In this document: positions 7,901 through 16,002 of the stretch, one piece after another
Numbering within the stretch: the first letter of the stretch is position 1
Layout of the letters: each line of letters begins with the position of its first letter
Source: an uncultured Methylophilaceae bacterium
GTDB lineage: Bacteria > Pseudomonadota > Gammaproteobacteria > Burkholderiales > Methylophilaceae
Direction of reading: 5' to 3'
Assembly: GCA_964466095.1 (NCBI GenBank)
Contig: CAYXMC010000002.1
Coordinates: 1-26,323, forward strand
DNA length: 26,323 nucleotides
Program-made: the position numbers and the translations under genes
The notes under the pieces: generated by a model
Seen by the model: only the letters and a program-made list of their open reading frames with translations
Told to the model about the DNA's origin: nothing
The model's database searches: none

Positions 7901-8428
7901 ATGTTGCATTTTTACAAAGCTGAAATCAGTGATGCACAAGCCATTGCCGAACTCGTGAACTCTGCTTATCGCGGAGAAAGCAGCCGTGCAGGTTGGACGA
8001 CAGAGGCTGACATTCTGGAAGGCAAGCGTACCAGTATCAAGGAAGTCGCGGATATCATCCGCCGTGATGATGCTTTTATCCTGCTGGGGGTGCTGCGCGA
8101 TGAAGTGGTGGCGACCATATGCTGTGAATGGCAGGAGATGGCTGGTCGTAATGCTGCACACTTTGGCATGATCGCGGTGAAGCCTACCTTGCAAAACAAG
8201 GGTTATGGAAAATCCCTTATTCAGGCGGCGGAAGCCATGACCAGCCGTGAATGGCGGGTTGCTGGTTACTACATGTCGGTGATCTCCCTGCGTCTGGAAC
8301 TGATTTCTTTTTATGAGCGTCTGGGCTACTCCCGCACTGGGGAGTTTCGGGATTTTCCCGTGAATCCAGCCATGTGGCAGCCAAAAGTCGAAGGGCTCAA
8401 TCTGGAATATCTGGCCAAGCTAGCCTAG
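7901..8428 (+). CDS. GNAT family N-acetyltransferase
   Basis: LVNSAYRG..GWTTEADILEG.R N-terminal signature; acetyl-CoA motif A FGMIAVKPTLQNKGYGKSLI; LISFYERLGY. Confidence 0.85.
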   Translation: MLHFYKAEISDAQAIAELVNSAYRGESSRAGWTTEADILEGKRTSIKEVADIIRRDDAFILLGVLRDEVVATICCEWQEMAGRNAAHFGMIAVKPTLQNKGYGKSLIQAAEAMTSREWRVAGYYMSVISLRLELISFYERLGYSRTGEFRDFPVNPAMWQPKVEGLNLEYLAKLA

Positions 8429-8436
8429 GCAGTGCT

Positions 8437-8847
8437 TCAAGCCTCTGGCGTATCGGTATCATCATCGCCCTTGTTTTTCAGGTCTCTGGCGATTTTAGCC
8501 AACGCTTCATAACGCTGCCTGAACTCATCCAGCTCCGTTTCTTCCAGTTCTTCCAGATCCAGCAGAGCATTATGTGCGCCTTTGGTAGCTCGTATCAGTT
8601 CGTCCAGCTTGATCTGAATGGCCTCTGTATCACGGTTCTGGGTACTCTGGATCAAAAATACCATCAGGAAGGTGATGATGGTAGTTGCCGTGTTGATCAC
8701 AAGTTGCCAGGTATCACTGAACCCGAAGATGGGGCCGGTGATTACCCAGAGCAGGATAGTGGCAACTGCCAGTGAAAACGTGAGCGGCCTGCCGGCGATG
8801 CGGGCCGTGAATTTGGCAAAACGCGAATACCAATTGGTCTGGATCAT
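8437..8847 (-). CDS. Low-affinity iron permease (Fet4-like) family protein
   Basis: WVITGPIFGFSDTWQLVINTATTIITFLMVFLIQSTQNRDTEAIQIKLDELIRA family signature; ATG 8847 overlaps the RND stop as ATGA. Confidence 0.85.
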   Translation of the reverse strand: MIQTNWYSRFAKFTARIAGRPLTFSLAVATILLWVITGPIFGFSDTWQLVINTATTIITFLMVFLIQSTQNRDTEAIQIKLDELIRATKGAHNALLDLEELEETELDEFRQRYEALAKIARDLKNKGDDDTDTPEA

Positions 8848-11800
8848 GTCTTTTTCCACAAACGTTGCACGCCGTGCATAGCTAATGAATAAACCGCTGG
8901 TACAACGACTAGCGTAAGCAGGGTAGATGAAATCATGCCGCCGATGACCGCAACAGAAAGCGGGCCATTGGTTTCGGCGCCTGCGCCTATGCCGAAAGCA
9001 GCTGGCAGCAGGGCGAGGATAATCGTCATGGATGTCATCAAGACAGGTCGCAAACGTATCGGGCAGGCTTGCAACAGGGCATCGTTGATAGAGGCACCCT
9101 TGTCGCGTAATTGGTTGGTGAGGTCAACCAGCAGGATCGAGTTCTTGGCGACCAGGCCGATGAGCAGCACCAAACCTATCATTGAGAAGATGTTGAGCGA
9201 ATTGCCTGTGAGCCAGAGTGCGACCACGCCACCTATGATGGCCAGCGGTTGTGCCAGCATGATGATGAACGGTTGCAGGAAAGAGTTGAACTGACTTGCC
9301 AGCACCATGTAGAGCAGGATCAGCGCCAGCATGAAGATGAAAGAGATGTTCTTGAAAGTTTTGGCGAACTCTTCAGCCTGACCGGAGAACTTGGTCTTGT
9401 AGCCGGCTGGCAGTATCTCTTCGGCAGCTTTGTTAACATGGCTGATAGCCTCGCCCAGCGGTATGGACGGGTTGTTGTAAAGGTTTGCCGCATATTGCAG
9501 GTCGAAGCGGCCGATGACTGCTGCGCCCAATTTCTGCTTGAAGCTGGCGATACTGTCCAGCCTGACCAGATCGCCATTACTGGTGCGCAGATAGATTTTG
9601 GCAAGATCGTCAACATGCTGAATGCTGCCTTCCTTGGCCTTGATACGGATATCGTAACGCTGGCCATCGCCCGGCTCGTCGTTGTAGCGGGCGATATCTA
9701 CACCGCCAGCATAGAGGCTGACAGCGGTTGCCAGATCATTGGCACTGATGCCAAGGCTGGCGGCACGCAGGCGGTCAATCTTCATTTCCACTTGGGGTAG
9801 ATCAAGCTGAACGTCGATATCCACCTTACCCATACCGGGAATATCAGCCAGCTTCTTTTGTATGGCCTTGGCATACTGGCCGACCTCATCCAGCTTGGGG
9901 CCGGTGATATTAAACTGCAATTTTTCTGAGCGCTGGCCGCGCACCATGGAGACTGGCGCGGGGAAGGCGCGCACTCCCGGAATCTGCTCCAGCTCTTCTT
10001 TTAGTTTGTCTACAAACACTTTTTGCGACATGGAGCGCTGCTTTTTATCCTTGAGGCGGATATTAATATTGCCTTGATTAACTTGGCCTTTTTGCCCTGC
10101 ACCCACCGTGGTGAAGAAGCTGGCAATCTGGTCCATATGGGTGAGCAAGACTTTTTCTATCAGTTCGGCACGGGTATTGGTGTATTCCAGGCTGGAACCC
10201 AGCGGAGTCTTGAACGAAATGACAAAGCGTCCCTCGTCTGCTTCCGGAACGAACTCTTTCTGTACGGCACCAAAAAAGAACTTGCTGCTGACGACTACCA
10301 GTATGGTCAGCACGACGACTTTCCACCGATGGTTGAGCGTCCATCGCAACAGCGCAGCATAGAAATGATCCATGCCTTTGAAGAAGCGATCCAGCGCGTA
10401 GTAAAGCCTGCCATGTTTGCTGCTGGCACTGAGGTAGCGTGAGCACAGCATGGGCGTGAGTGTCAGCGAAACCATGAGCGAGACCAGTACGCCGCAAGTG
10501 ACCACCACCGAGAAGGACTGGAAAAATTTGCCCATGATGCCATCCATGAAAATCACCGGTGCAAAGATACACACCAATGAGAGCGAAGCGGCGATGACAG
10601 CAAACGTGACCTCGCGACTACCTTCTATGGCGGCTTTCACTGAATCAATGGCGTTACCAGCTTGCATGCTCATGTGGCGGTAAATATTCTCCAGCACCAC
10701 GATAGCGTCATCCACGACCACACCGATCAACAGCAACAGGGCGAGCAAGGTCATGCTGTTGAATGTGAATCCGGAGAAATACATGACGGCGACTGCACCC
10801 AGTAGCGAGACCGGGATTGCGGTGGCGATGATGAGGGTGGAGCGTATCGAGCGCAGGAACAACCAGACAATGAGAGCTGCCAATATCGTGCCTTCAAACA
10901 AGTGCTCTTGCAGTGACTTCACCATTTCCTTGATGAAGGTGGCTTCGTTGGATGAGGTTTCTATCCAGAGCCCGGGCGGCAGGTTGGGGCGTATTTCCTC
11001 ATTCAGCCTGCGCTCTACTTCGCTGATGATATCGACGGTGTTGGCGTTGGGGATCTTGATGATACCTATGCCCACTGTGGGCTGGCCGTTAAAATTGGCG
11101 AACTGCCGGAAATCTCCCAGACCATCCTCAATCTCGGCAATCTCCTTGAGTTTGATGGGGGCGCCATCGCGGTAAGCCACCACCATGTCGGCAAATTCGC
11201 GAAAGTTGTGGTATTCAAGATCCAGCTTCATCAGATATTCGCGCTTTTCGCTGACCAGAAAGCCGCCAGGTACTTGCACATGCTCACGTTCCAGTGCGTT
11301 CACTACATCTGAGGCGACGATTTTGTTAGCGGCCATGCGCTCCGGCAGCAGATTGATACGTATGGTGCGGTCGCGGCGGCCGCCCAGTCTAACCTCGCCA
11401 ACACCGTTGATGGTTTCCAGTTTTTTCTTAAGGGTATTCCATGCGTACAGATTCAGCTGTTGAATCGTGCGGTCACCACCTAACGCCAGCCACAAAACAG
11501 GCTCGGCGTTGGTTTCTGCCTTTTGTACGATGGGTGGATCGGTGTCTTTGGGCAGGCGTCGTAGTACTTGATTTACCTTGGCTTGCACCTCGGTATAAGC
11601 GACATCAATGTTTTTTTCCAGCTTGAAGGTGATCACGATGACGGAAACGCCGGGCGATGAACTGGACTGGATATGCTCAATGCCCGGCGTCGTATTGATG
11701 GCAGATTCAATAATGCCGGTCACGCTAGTATCAACAATATCCGGGTTGGCCCCCTTGAGCGAGGTGGTGACAGTGATAATCGGGAATTCGATAGCGGGAA

Positions 11801-11909
11801 AGCGGTCAACGGCGATGCGCTGGTAGCTGATGATACCGAACAGCACCAGCAGCCCGGAGACCATCCAGGCCAGTACATGGCGTTTGATGGATATTTCAGG
11901 CAAGTTCAT
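8844..11909 (-). CDS. RND efflux permease (AcrB/HAE1-type)
   Basis: 1021 aa; DRFPAIEFP, proton-relay GVVVDDAIVVLEN (TM4), GLVAKNSILLVD (TM10), RLRPVLMTS (TM11). Confidence 0.95.
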   Translation of the reverse strand: MNLPEISIKRHVLAWMVSGLLVLFGIISYQRIAVDRFPAIEFPIITVTTSLKGANPDIVDTSVTGIIESAINTTPGIEHIQSSSSPGVSVIVITFKLEKNIDVAYTEVQAKVNQVLRRLPKDTDPPIVQKAETNAEPVLWLALGGDRTIQQLNLYAWNTLKKKLETINGVGEVRLGGRRDRTIRINLLPERMAANKIVASDVVNALEREHVQVPGGFLVSEKREYLMKLDLEYHNFREFADMVVAYRDGAPIKLKEIAEIEDGLGDFRQFANFNGQPTVGIGIIKIPNANTVDIISEVERRLNEEIRPNLPPGLWIETSSNEATFIKEMVKSLQEHLFEGTILAALIVWLFLRSIRSTLIIATAIPVSLLGAVAVMYFSGFTFNSMTLLALLLLIGVVVDDAIVVLENIYRHMSMQAGNAIDSVKAAIEGSREVTFAVIAASLSLVCIFAPVIFMDGIMGKFFQSFSVVVTCGVLVSLMVSLTLTPMLCSRYLSASSKHGRLYYALDRFFKGMDHFYAALLRWTLNHRWKVVVLTILVVVSSKFFFGAVQKEFVPEADEGRFVISFKTPLGSSLEYTNTRAELIEKVLLTHMDQIASFFTTVGAGQKGQVNQGNINIRLKDKKQRSMSQKVFVDKLKEELEQIPGVRAFPAPVSMVRGQRSEKLQFNITGPKLDEVGQYAKAIQKKLADIPGMGKVDIDVQLDLPQVEMKIDRLRAASLGISANDLATAVSLYAGGVDIARYNDEPGDGQRYDIRIKAKEGSIQHVDDLAKIYLRTSNGDLVRLDSIASFKQKLGAAVIGRFDLQYAANLYNNPSIPLGEAISHVNKAAEEILPAGYKTKFSGQAEEFAKTFKNISFIFMLALILLYMVLASQFNSFLQPFIIMLAQPLAIIGGVVALWLTGNSLNIFSMIGLVLLIGLVAKNSILLVDLTNQLRDKGASINDALLQACPIRLRPVLMTSMTIILALLPAAFGIGAGAETNGPLSVAVIGGMISSTLLTLVVVPAVYSLAMHGVQRLWKKT

Positions 11910-13012
11910 GATTGATCGGCCTTGCTTGCTTTTTTGGCGTCAGTGGCTAGTTTGACCTTGGCTTTATCGCTCAGAAAAGCAGCACCATCAACCGCGATGG
12001 TTTCACCGCTTTCTAAGCCTTCAATAATTTGCACCTTGCCTGCCTGTCGCAGTCCGGTTTTGACGATGCGTTGCTCGGCCTGGTTGTCCTTGATGATATA
12101 AACCACTTCACCAGCCGGACGCAGGACAACACTCTGTTCAGGAACGATCACCGCTGCAGCCTGTTCACCTAATATTACGCTGCCATTGACGCTAGCACCC
12201 GGCTGCCAACCAGGCTGGTCTACAACATCGGCGATCACATCCACGGAACGGTTGCTGGCGCCTATCAGTGGTTTGAGTTCGCGGATGGTAGCCACCACTT
12301 CGTTATCCGCCGTGGGCGTGGTGAGGCGTACTTTCAGCCCTGGCTGCAGTTTGCTGGCGATGGATTCCGGAAACGGCAAGTGCGCACGCAAGCGTTGCTT
12401 GCTGACAATCTGCACCAGCGGGTCGCCTATCTTGACGTAGTCGCCGGGGGCAACAATCTGCTTTTCTATAATGCCGTCAACAGGTGCGATCAGTGTGGTT
12501 TTGCTGCCAGTATGCTCTATGCTCGCCAGCCTTGCCTTGGCGGCATCAAGTTGCTGTTTGAGTGCAGTTTGCTGGGTTGCGACATCGTCCAGCGCATTCT
12601 GTGAAATGAAGTTTTTTTGTACCAGTGTCTGGTTACGCTCTAGTGTCCGCCCCTGATTGGCAAGTAGTGCTTCTACCCGCGCGACTTCTGCTTGTGCTTC
12701 CTTGCGTTGCAGGGAGTAGTCGGTGCCATCAAGCATGGCAATAATATCGCCCTTTCTGACGCTCTGGCCCGGATGCACCAATACCTTGAGCACGCGCCCC
12801 GGTACTTCAGCCGCAATCGTTGGATCTATCAGGCCCTCCAGACTGCCGACTGTTTCTTCAGTTGCTTCCAGTTTGGTCGTCTGCGCTGTGTAGATGCTGA
12901 CCAGTGTGGCGGAGGGGCCTTTCTTCTTTTCCTCGGCAGCTTGCTGTTTTGAGCAGGCGCTACTACCAAGCAGTATTGCCAAGGTAAGCAAGTAAATGCA
13001 TGAACGAAGCAT
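11906..13012 (-). CDS. RND periplasmic adaptor (MFP), probable lipoprotein
   Basis: Lipobox-like LLGSSA|C, IAAEVPGRV..V.V..GQ.V.KGD, hairpin coiled coil, LIAPVDGII, VPEQSVV, V.TGLR..G.V.I.EGL..GE; ATGA overlap with the RND gene. Confidence 0.93.
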   Translation of the reverse strand: MLRSCIYLLTLAILLGSSACSKQQAAEEKKKGPSATLVSIYTAQTTKLEATEETVGSLEGLIDPTIAAEVPGRVLKVLVHPGQSVRKGDIIAMLDGTDYSLQRKEAQAEVARVEALLANQGRTLERNQTLVQKNFISQNALDDVATQQTALKQQLDAAKARLASIEHTGSKTTLIAPVDGIIEKQIVAPGDYVKIGDPLVQIVSKQRLRAHLPFPESIASKLQPGLKVRLTTPTADNEVVATIRELKPLIGASNRSVDVIADVVDQPGWQPGASVNGSVILGEQAAAVIVPEQSVVLRPAGEVVYIIKDNQAEQRIVKTGLRQAGKVQIIEGLESGETIAVDGAAFLSDKAKVKLATDAKKASKADQS

Positions 13013-13033
13013 GGTTTGGAATTCTTTCTTTAA

Positions 13034-13570
13034 TTATTTACGAATGGCAGACCAGTCAAAAAACGGCCCCGGGTCGGTCTTTCTACCCGGTGCAATATCG
13101 GAGTGTCCGGTAATCGCGGTAATTGGATAACGCTGTTGCAAGCCGGGCAACAACTGGTTAAGCGTCGCATACTGCAGCTGGGTAAAGGCTTCGTGGTCGC
13201 TGCCTTCCAGCTCAATTCCGACCGAAAAATCATTGCATCGTTCACGGCCTTGCCAGCTGGAGACACCAGCATGCCAAGCACGCTGATTGCAGGAGACGAA
13301 CTGTATCAGTTCGCCATCGCGGCGTATCAGGAAATGCGATGACACCCTGAGTTGGTAGATGCTGGCGTAGTAGGGGTGAGCATCCGGGTTAAGGCAATTG
13401 GTGAACAACTCGATGATGCCGTTGCCGCCATATTCGCCCGGTGGCAGGCTGATGTTGTGGATGACGATCAGTGAAATATCGTTTTCTTTGGGCCTGGCAT
13501 CAAAATTGGGAGAGGCAATCTGGCGTGCGCTGTTGGTATAACCTTGTTGATTTATTTTGATGCTATCCAT
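13034..13570 (-). CDS. ampD: 1,6-anhydro-N-acetylmuramyl-L-alanine amidase AmpD
   Basis: SPNFDARP, VIHNISLPPG, RVSSHFLIRRDG, RAWHAGVS, SVGIELEG, GHSDIAPGRKTDPG; start set at ATG 13570. Confidence 0.95.
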   Translation of the reverse strand: MDSIKINQQGYTNSARQIASPNFDARPKENDISLIVIHNISLPPGEYGGNGIIELFTNCLNPDAHPYYASIYQLRVSSHFLIRRDGELIQFVSCNQRAWHAGVSSWQGRERCNDFSVGIELEGSDHEAFTQLQYATLNQLLPGLQQRYPITAITGHSDIAPGRKTDPGPFFDWSAIRK

Positions 13571-13629
13571 GTGCTGGGCGTGAATATCCGATAAAATCCG
13601 CAACAAATTAATGACTAAGGCCGACTGTA

Positions 13630-14631
13630 ATGGTTTTTCTGCAATTATTCCTGATGCTAATCGTGATTCTAATCGCGGCTGAGGTGTTCACCAATGCCCT
13701 TGAGCACTTGGGCGAGAAATTAAAGATATCGGAGGGCGTGACTGGTTCGTTATTTGCTGCCGTTGGAACCGCTTTGCCGGAAACTTCCATCCCTTTGCTG
13801 GCCTTGCTTGCTGGTACTCAAAACAAAGCAGTGAACGAGGAAATCGGGGTTGGTGCGATTTTGGGGGCGCCGTTGATGCTGGCAACGCTTTCCATTTCTT
13901 TGATGACTTTTGCTGTGCTGGCGCGTCGTGGCGCCAAGGGCAATTTCCACCCGGAGAAAACCGGCCTTAAACGTGACTTGGATTTCTTCATCGCCGCTTT
14001 TGGTTTTGCCACTATTGCACTCTTTATCCCGCATACGCAAACCGCGGTGCGTGCAGCTATCGGCTTTGTTATGGTGCTGATCTATTTTATCTACATCATG
14101 TTGACCATACGTGCCTCCAAAGCTTTGGTGAACGATGGACATGCAACAGAGGCCGATGAAGAGATGTTTTTATGCCGTATCGGTCTGCCCAACAAAATGC
14201 CGGTGATCATGCTGCAAATCCTGCTGGGCCTAGCCTTGCTCGTCGGCGGTGCTAAAGGCTTTATCCACGGCGTGGAGGCTGCAGCCGCTTTGCTCGGGAT
14301 TTCCACACTCCTATTATCTTTGCTGATTATCCCGATTGCGACAGAGCTGCCGGAGAAGATCAACAGCATTCTTTGGGTGCGCCGCGGTAAGGATACCTTG
14401 GCATTTGGCAATATCACCGGCGCGATGGTGTTTCAGGGTACCCTGCTGCCAGCTATCGGCATTATGTTGACGCCATGGCAGCCGAGAACCGAAGTGCTGG
14501 CTGGTGTGGTGATTACTTTGCTGGCGGCTGTTTGGATGCGTTTTTTAGTTGCCAAGGGTGGTATCAAGATCTGGCACCTTTGGGTGAACGGTACGCTGTA
14601 TCTGACTTATCTGGCGATTGCGCTCAGCTAG
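13630..14631 (+). CDS. Sodium:calcium antiporter (CaCA family)
   Basis: Two alpha-repeat-like segments, GSLFAAVGTALPETS and IIPIATELPEKINS...AFGNITG, in a multi-TM protein. Confidence 0.88.
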   Translation: MVFLQLFLMLIVILIAAEVFTNALEHLGEKLKISEGVTGSLFAAVGTALPETSIPLLALLAGTQNKAVNEEIGVGAILGAPLMLATLSISLMTFAVLARRGAKGNFHPEKTGLKRDLDFFIAAFGFATIALFIPHTQTAVRAAIGFVMVLIYFIYIMLTIRASKALVNDGHATEADEEMFLCRIGLPNKMPVIMLQILLGLALLVGGAKGFIHGVEAAAALLGISTLLLSLLIIPIATELPEKINSILWVRRGKDTLAFGNITGAMVFQGTLLPAIGIMLTPWQPRTEVLAGVVITLLAAVWMRFLVAKGGIKIWHLWVNGTLYLTYLAIALS

Positions 14632-14643
14632 ATTCTAGGCAAG

Positions 14644-16002
14644 TCAAAACTCATCTGCATCGTCGCTATCCTTGCTCAAGCCTAGCTTGGACAAGCGGTA
14701 GCGCAGGGTGCGGAAACTCACCCCCAGTAATTTCGCGGCAGCAGTCTTGTTTTGTCGCGTTTTTTCCAGTGCCTGCAAGATGGCCTGCTTCTCTATGGTT
14801 TCCAGATATTCAGGCAAGGGCAGGCCTTTGGCATCCACGGTGATCTGGTTAACTCGGAGATCGCTTTCCAGCAACAAGTCTTCCACTTCTATGGTCTGAC
14901 CATCGCATAGGGCCAGTGCTCGTTCCAGTGCGTTTTCCAACTCTCGCACGTTGCCCGGAAAGCCATGTCTTGTCAGCACATTCATGGCTTTTTCCGAGAT
15001 TTTTGGGGTGCTGCTGCCTAGCAGCCGGCATTGTTTTTCCAACAAGTACTGCGCCAGTAGCGGAATATCTGTCGGCATTTCGCGCAAGGCTGGCATTTTC
15101 AACTCAATGACGTTCAGTCGGTAATACAGATCTTGGCGAAACTGCCCACTTTCCATCATGGTGGAAAGATTGCGGTGAGTGGCGCTGATGATACGCACGT
15201 CGATGGGTTCTTCCTGAGTGCTGCCAACCATGCGCACTTTCTTCTCCTGTATTGCACGCAGCAGCTTCACCTGCATGGCCAGTGGCAGGTCTGCCACTTC
15301 ATCAAGAAACAGAGTGCCGCTGTTAGCGGCATGGAACATGCCTTCTTTATCTTGCAATGCCCCGGTGAACGCGCCTTTCTTGTAACCGAAGAATTCACTT
15401 TCCATCAGGTTTTCCGGAATAGCGCCGCAGTTCACGGCGATAAATGGGCCATCGCGTCTGGAGCCATTGAGGTGGATTAAACGGGCTGCCAACTCTTTGC
15501 CGCTGCCAGATTCACCGCTGATATACACAGGTGCCTGGCTACGCGCCAGTTTTTCTATGAGGGTGCGCACCTGTTTGATGGGCGCAGAGTTACCTATCAT
15601 GGTCAGGGCGCTGGCCAGAGGTTTTTCCGTGGTGGAAAGTTTCATGGCTGACTGGATAAGTGGGCGCAGCTGCTTGAGTGAGATGGGTTTGGTCAGGTAA
15701 TCGAAGGCACCGGCTTTGAGTGCAGAAACAGCATTTTCGGGACTGCCAAAAGCGGTAATCACGGCAACTGGTAAGCCAGCGTAATGGTTGCTGATGTGGC
15801 GCACGAGATCCAAGCCGTTACCATCTGGCAGGCGCATATCAGTAATGCATAGGGCAAACTCCCGTTGTGACAGCAGGAATTTGGCATCACTGAGGTTACC
15901 TGCGCTCTCAGCTTCGATTCCCATGCGCTCCAGTGTGAGCACCAGCAGTTCCCGAATATCGGTTTCATCATCCACTATCAGGCAATTGGCTTTTTTTGTC
16001 AT
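14644..16002 (-). CDS. pilR: Sigma54-dependent response regulator, PilR-like
   Basis: Receiver (LIVDDE, CITDMRLPDGNG), AAA+ (GESGSGKE, GAFTGA, LFLDEV), C-terminal HTH (NKTAAAKLLGVSFRTLRYRL); coupled to the PilS-like kinase. Confidence 0.85.
   Translation of the reverse strand: MTKKANCLIVDDETDIRELLVLTLERMGIEAESAGNLSDAKFLLSQREFALCITDMRLPDGNGLDLVRHISNHYAGLPVAVITAFGSPENAVSALKAGAFDYLTKPISLKQLRPLIQSAMKLSTTEKPLASALTMIGNSAPIKQVRTLIEKLARSQAPVYISGESGSGKELAARLIHLNGSRRDGPFIAVNCGAIPENLMESEFFGYKKGAFTGALQDKEGMFHAANSGTLFLDEVADLPLAMQVKLLRAIQEKKVRMVGSTQEEPIDVRIISATHRNLSTMMESGQFRQDLYYRLNVIELKMPALREMPTDIPLLAQYLLEKQCRLLGSSTPKISEKAMNVLTRHGFPGNVRELENALERALALCDGQTIEVEDLLLESDLRVNQITVDAKGLPLPEYLETIEKQAILQALEKTRQNKTAAAKLLGVSFRTLRYRLSKLGLSKDSDDADEF

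Noticed and set aside
13571-13629. Mn (yybP-ykoY) or fluoride riboswitch before the antiporter
   Set aside because: Only 59 nt shared with the ampD leader, and no consensus motif.
15991-15997. A7 run in the first pilR codons as a phase-variation tract
   Set aside because: Seven-base A/T runs recur in Lys-codon contexts across the window (e.g. about 1299 and 12612), and the frame is intact.
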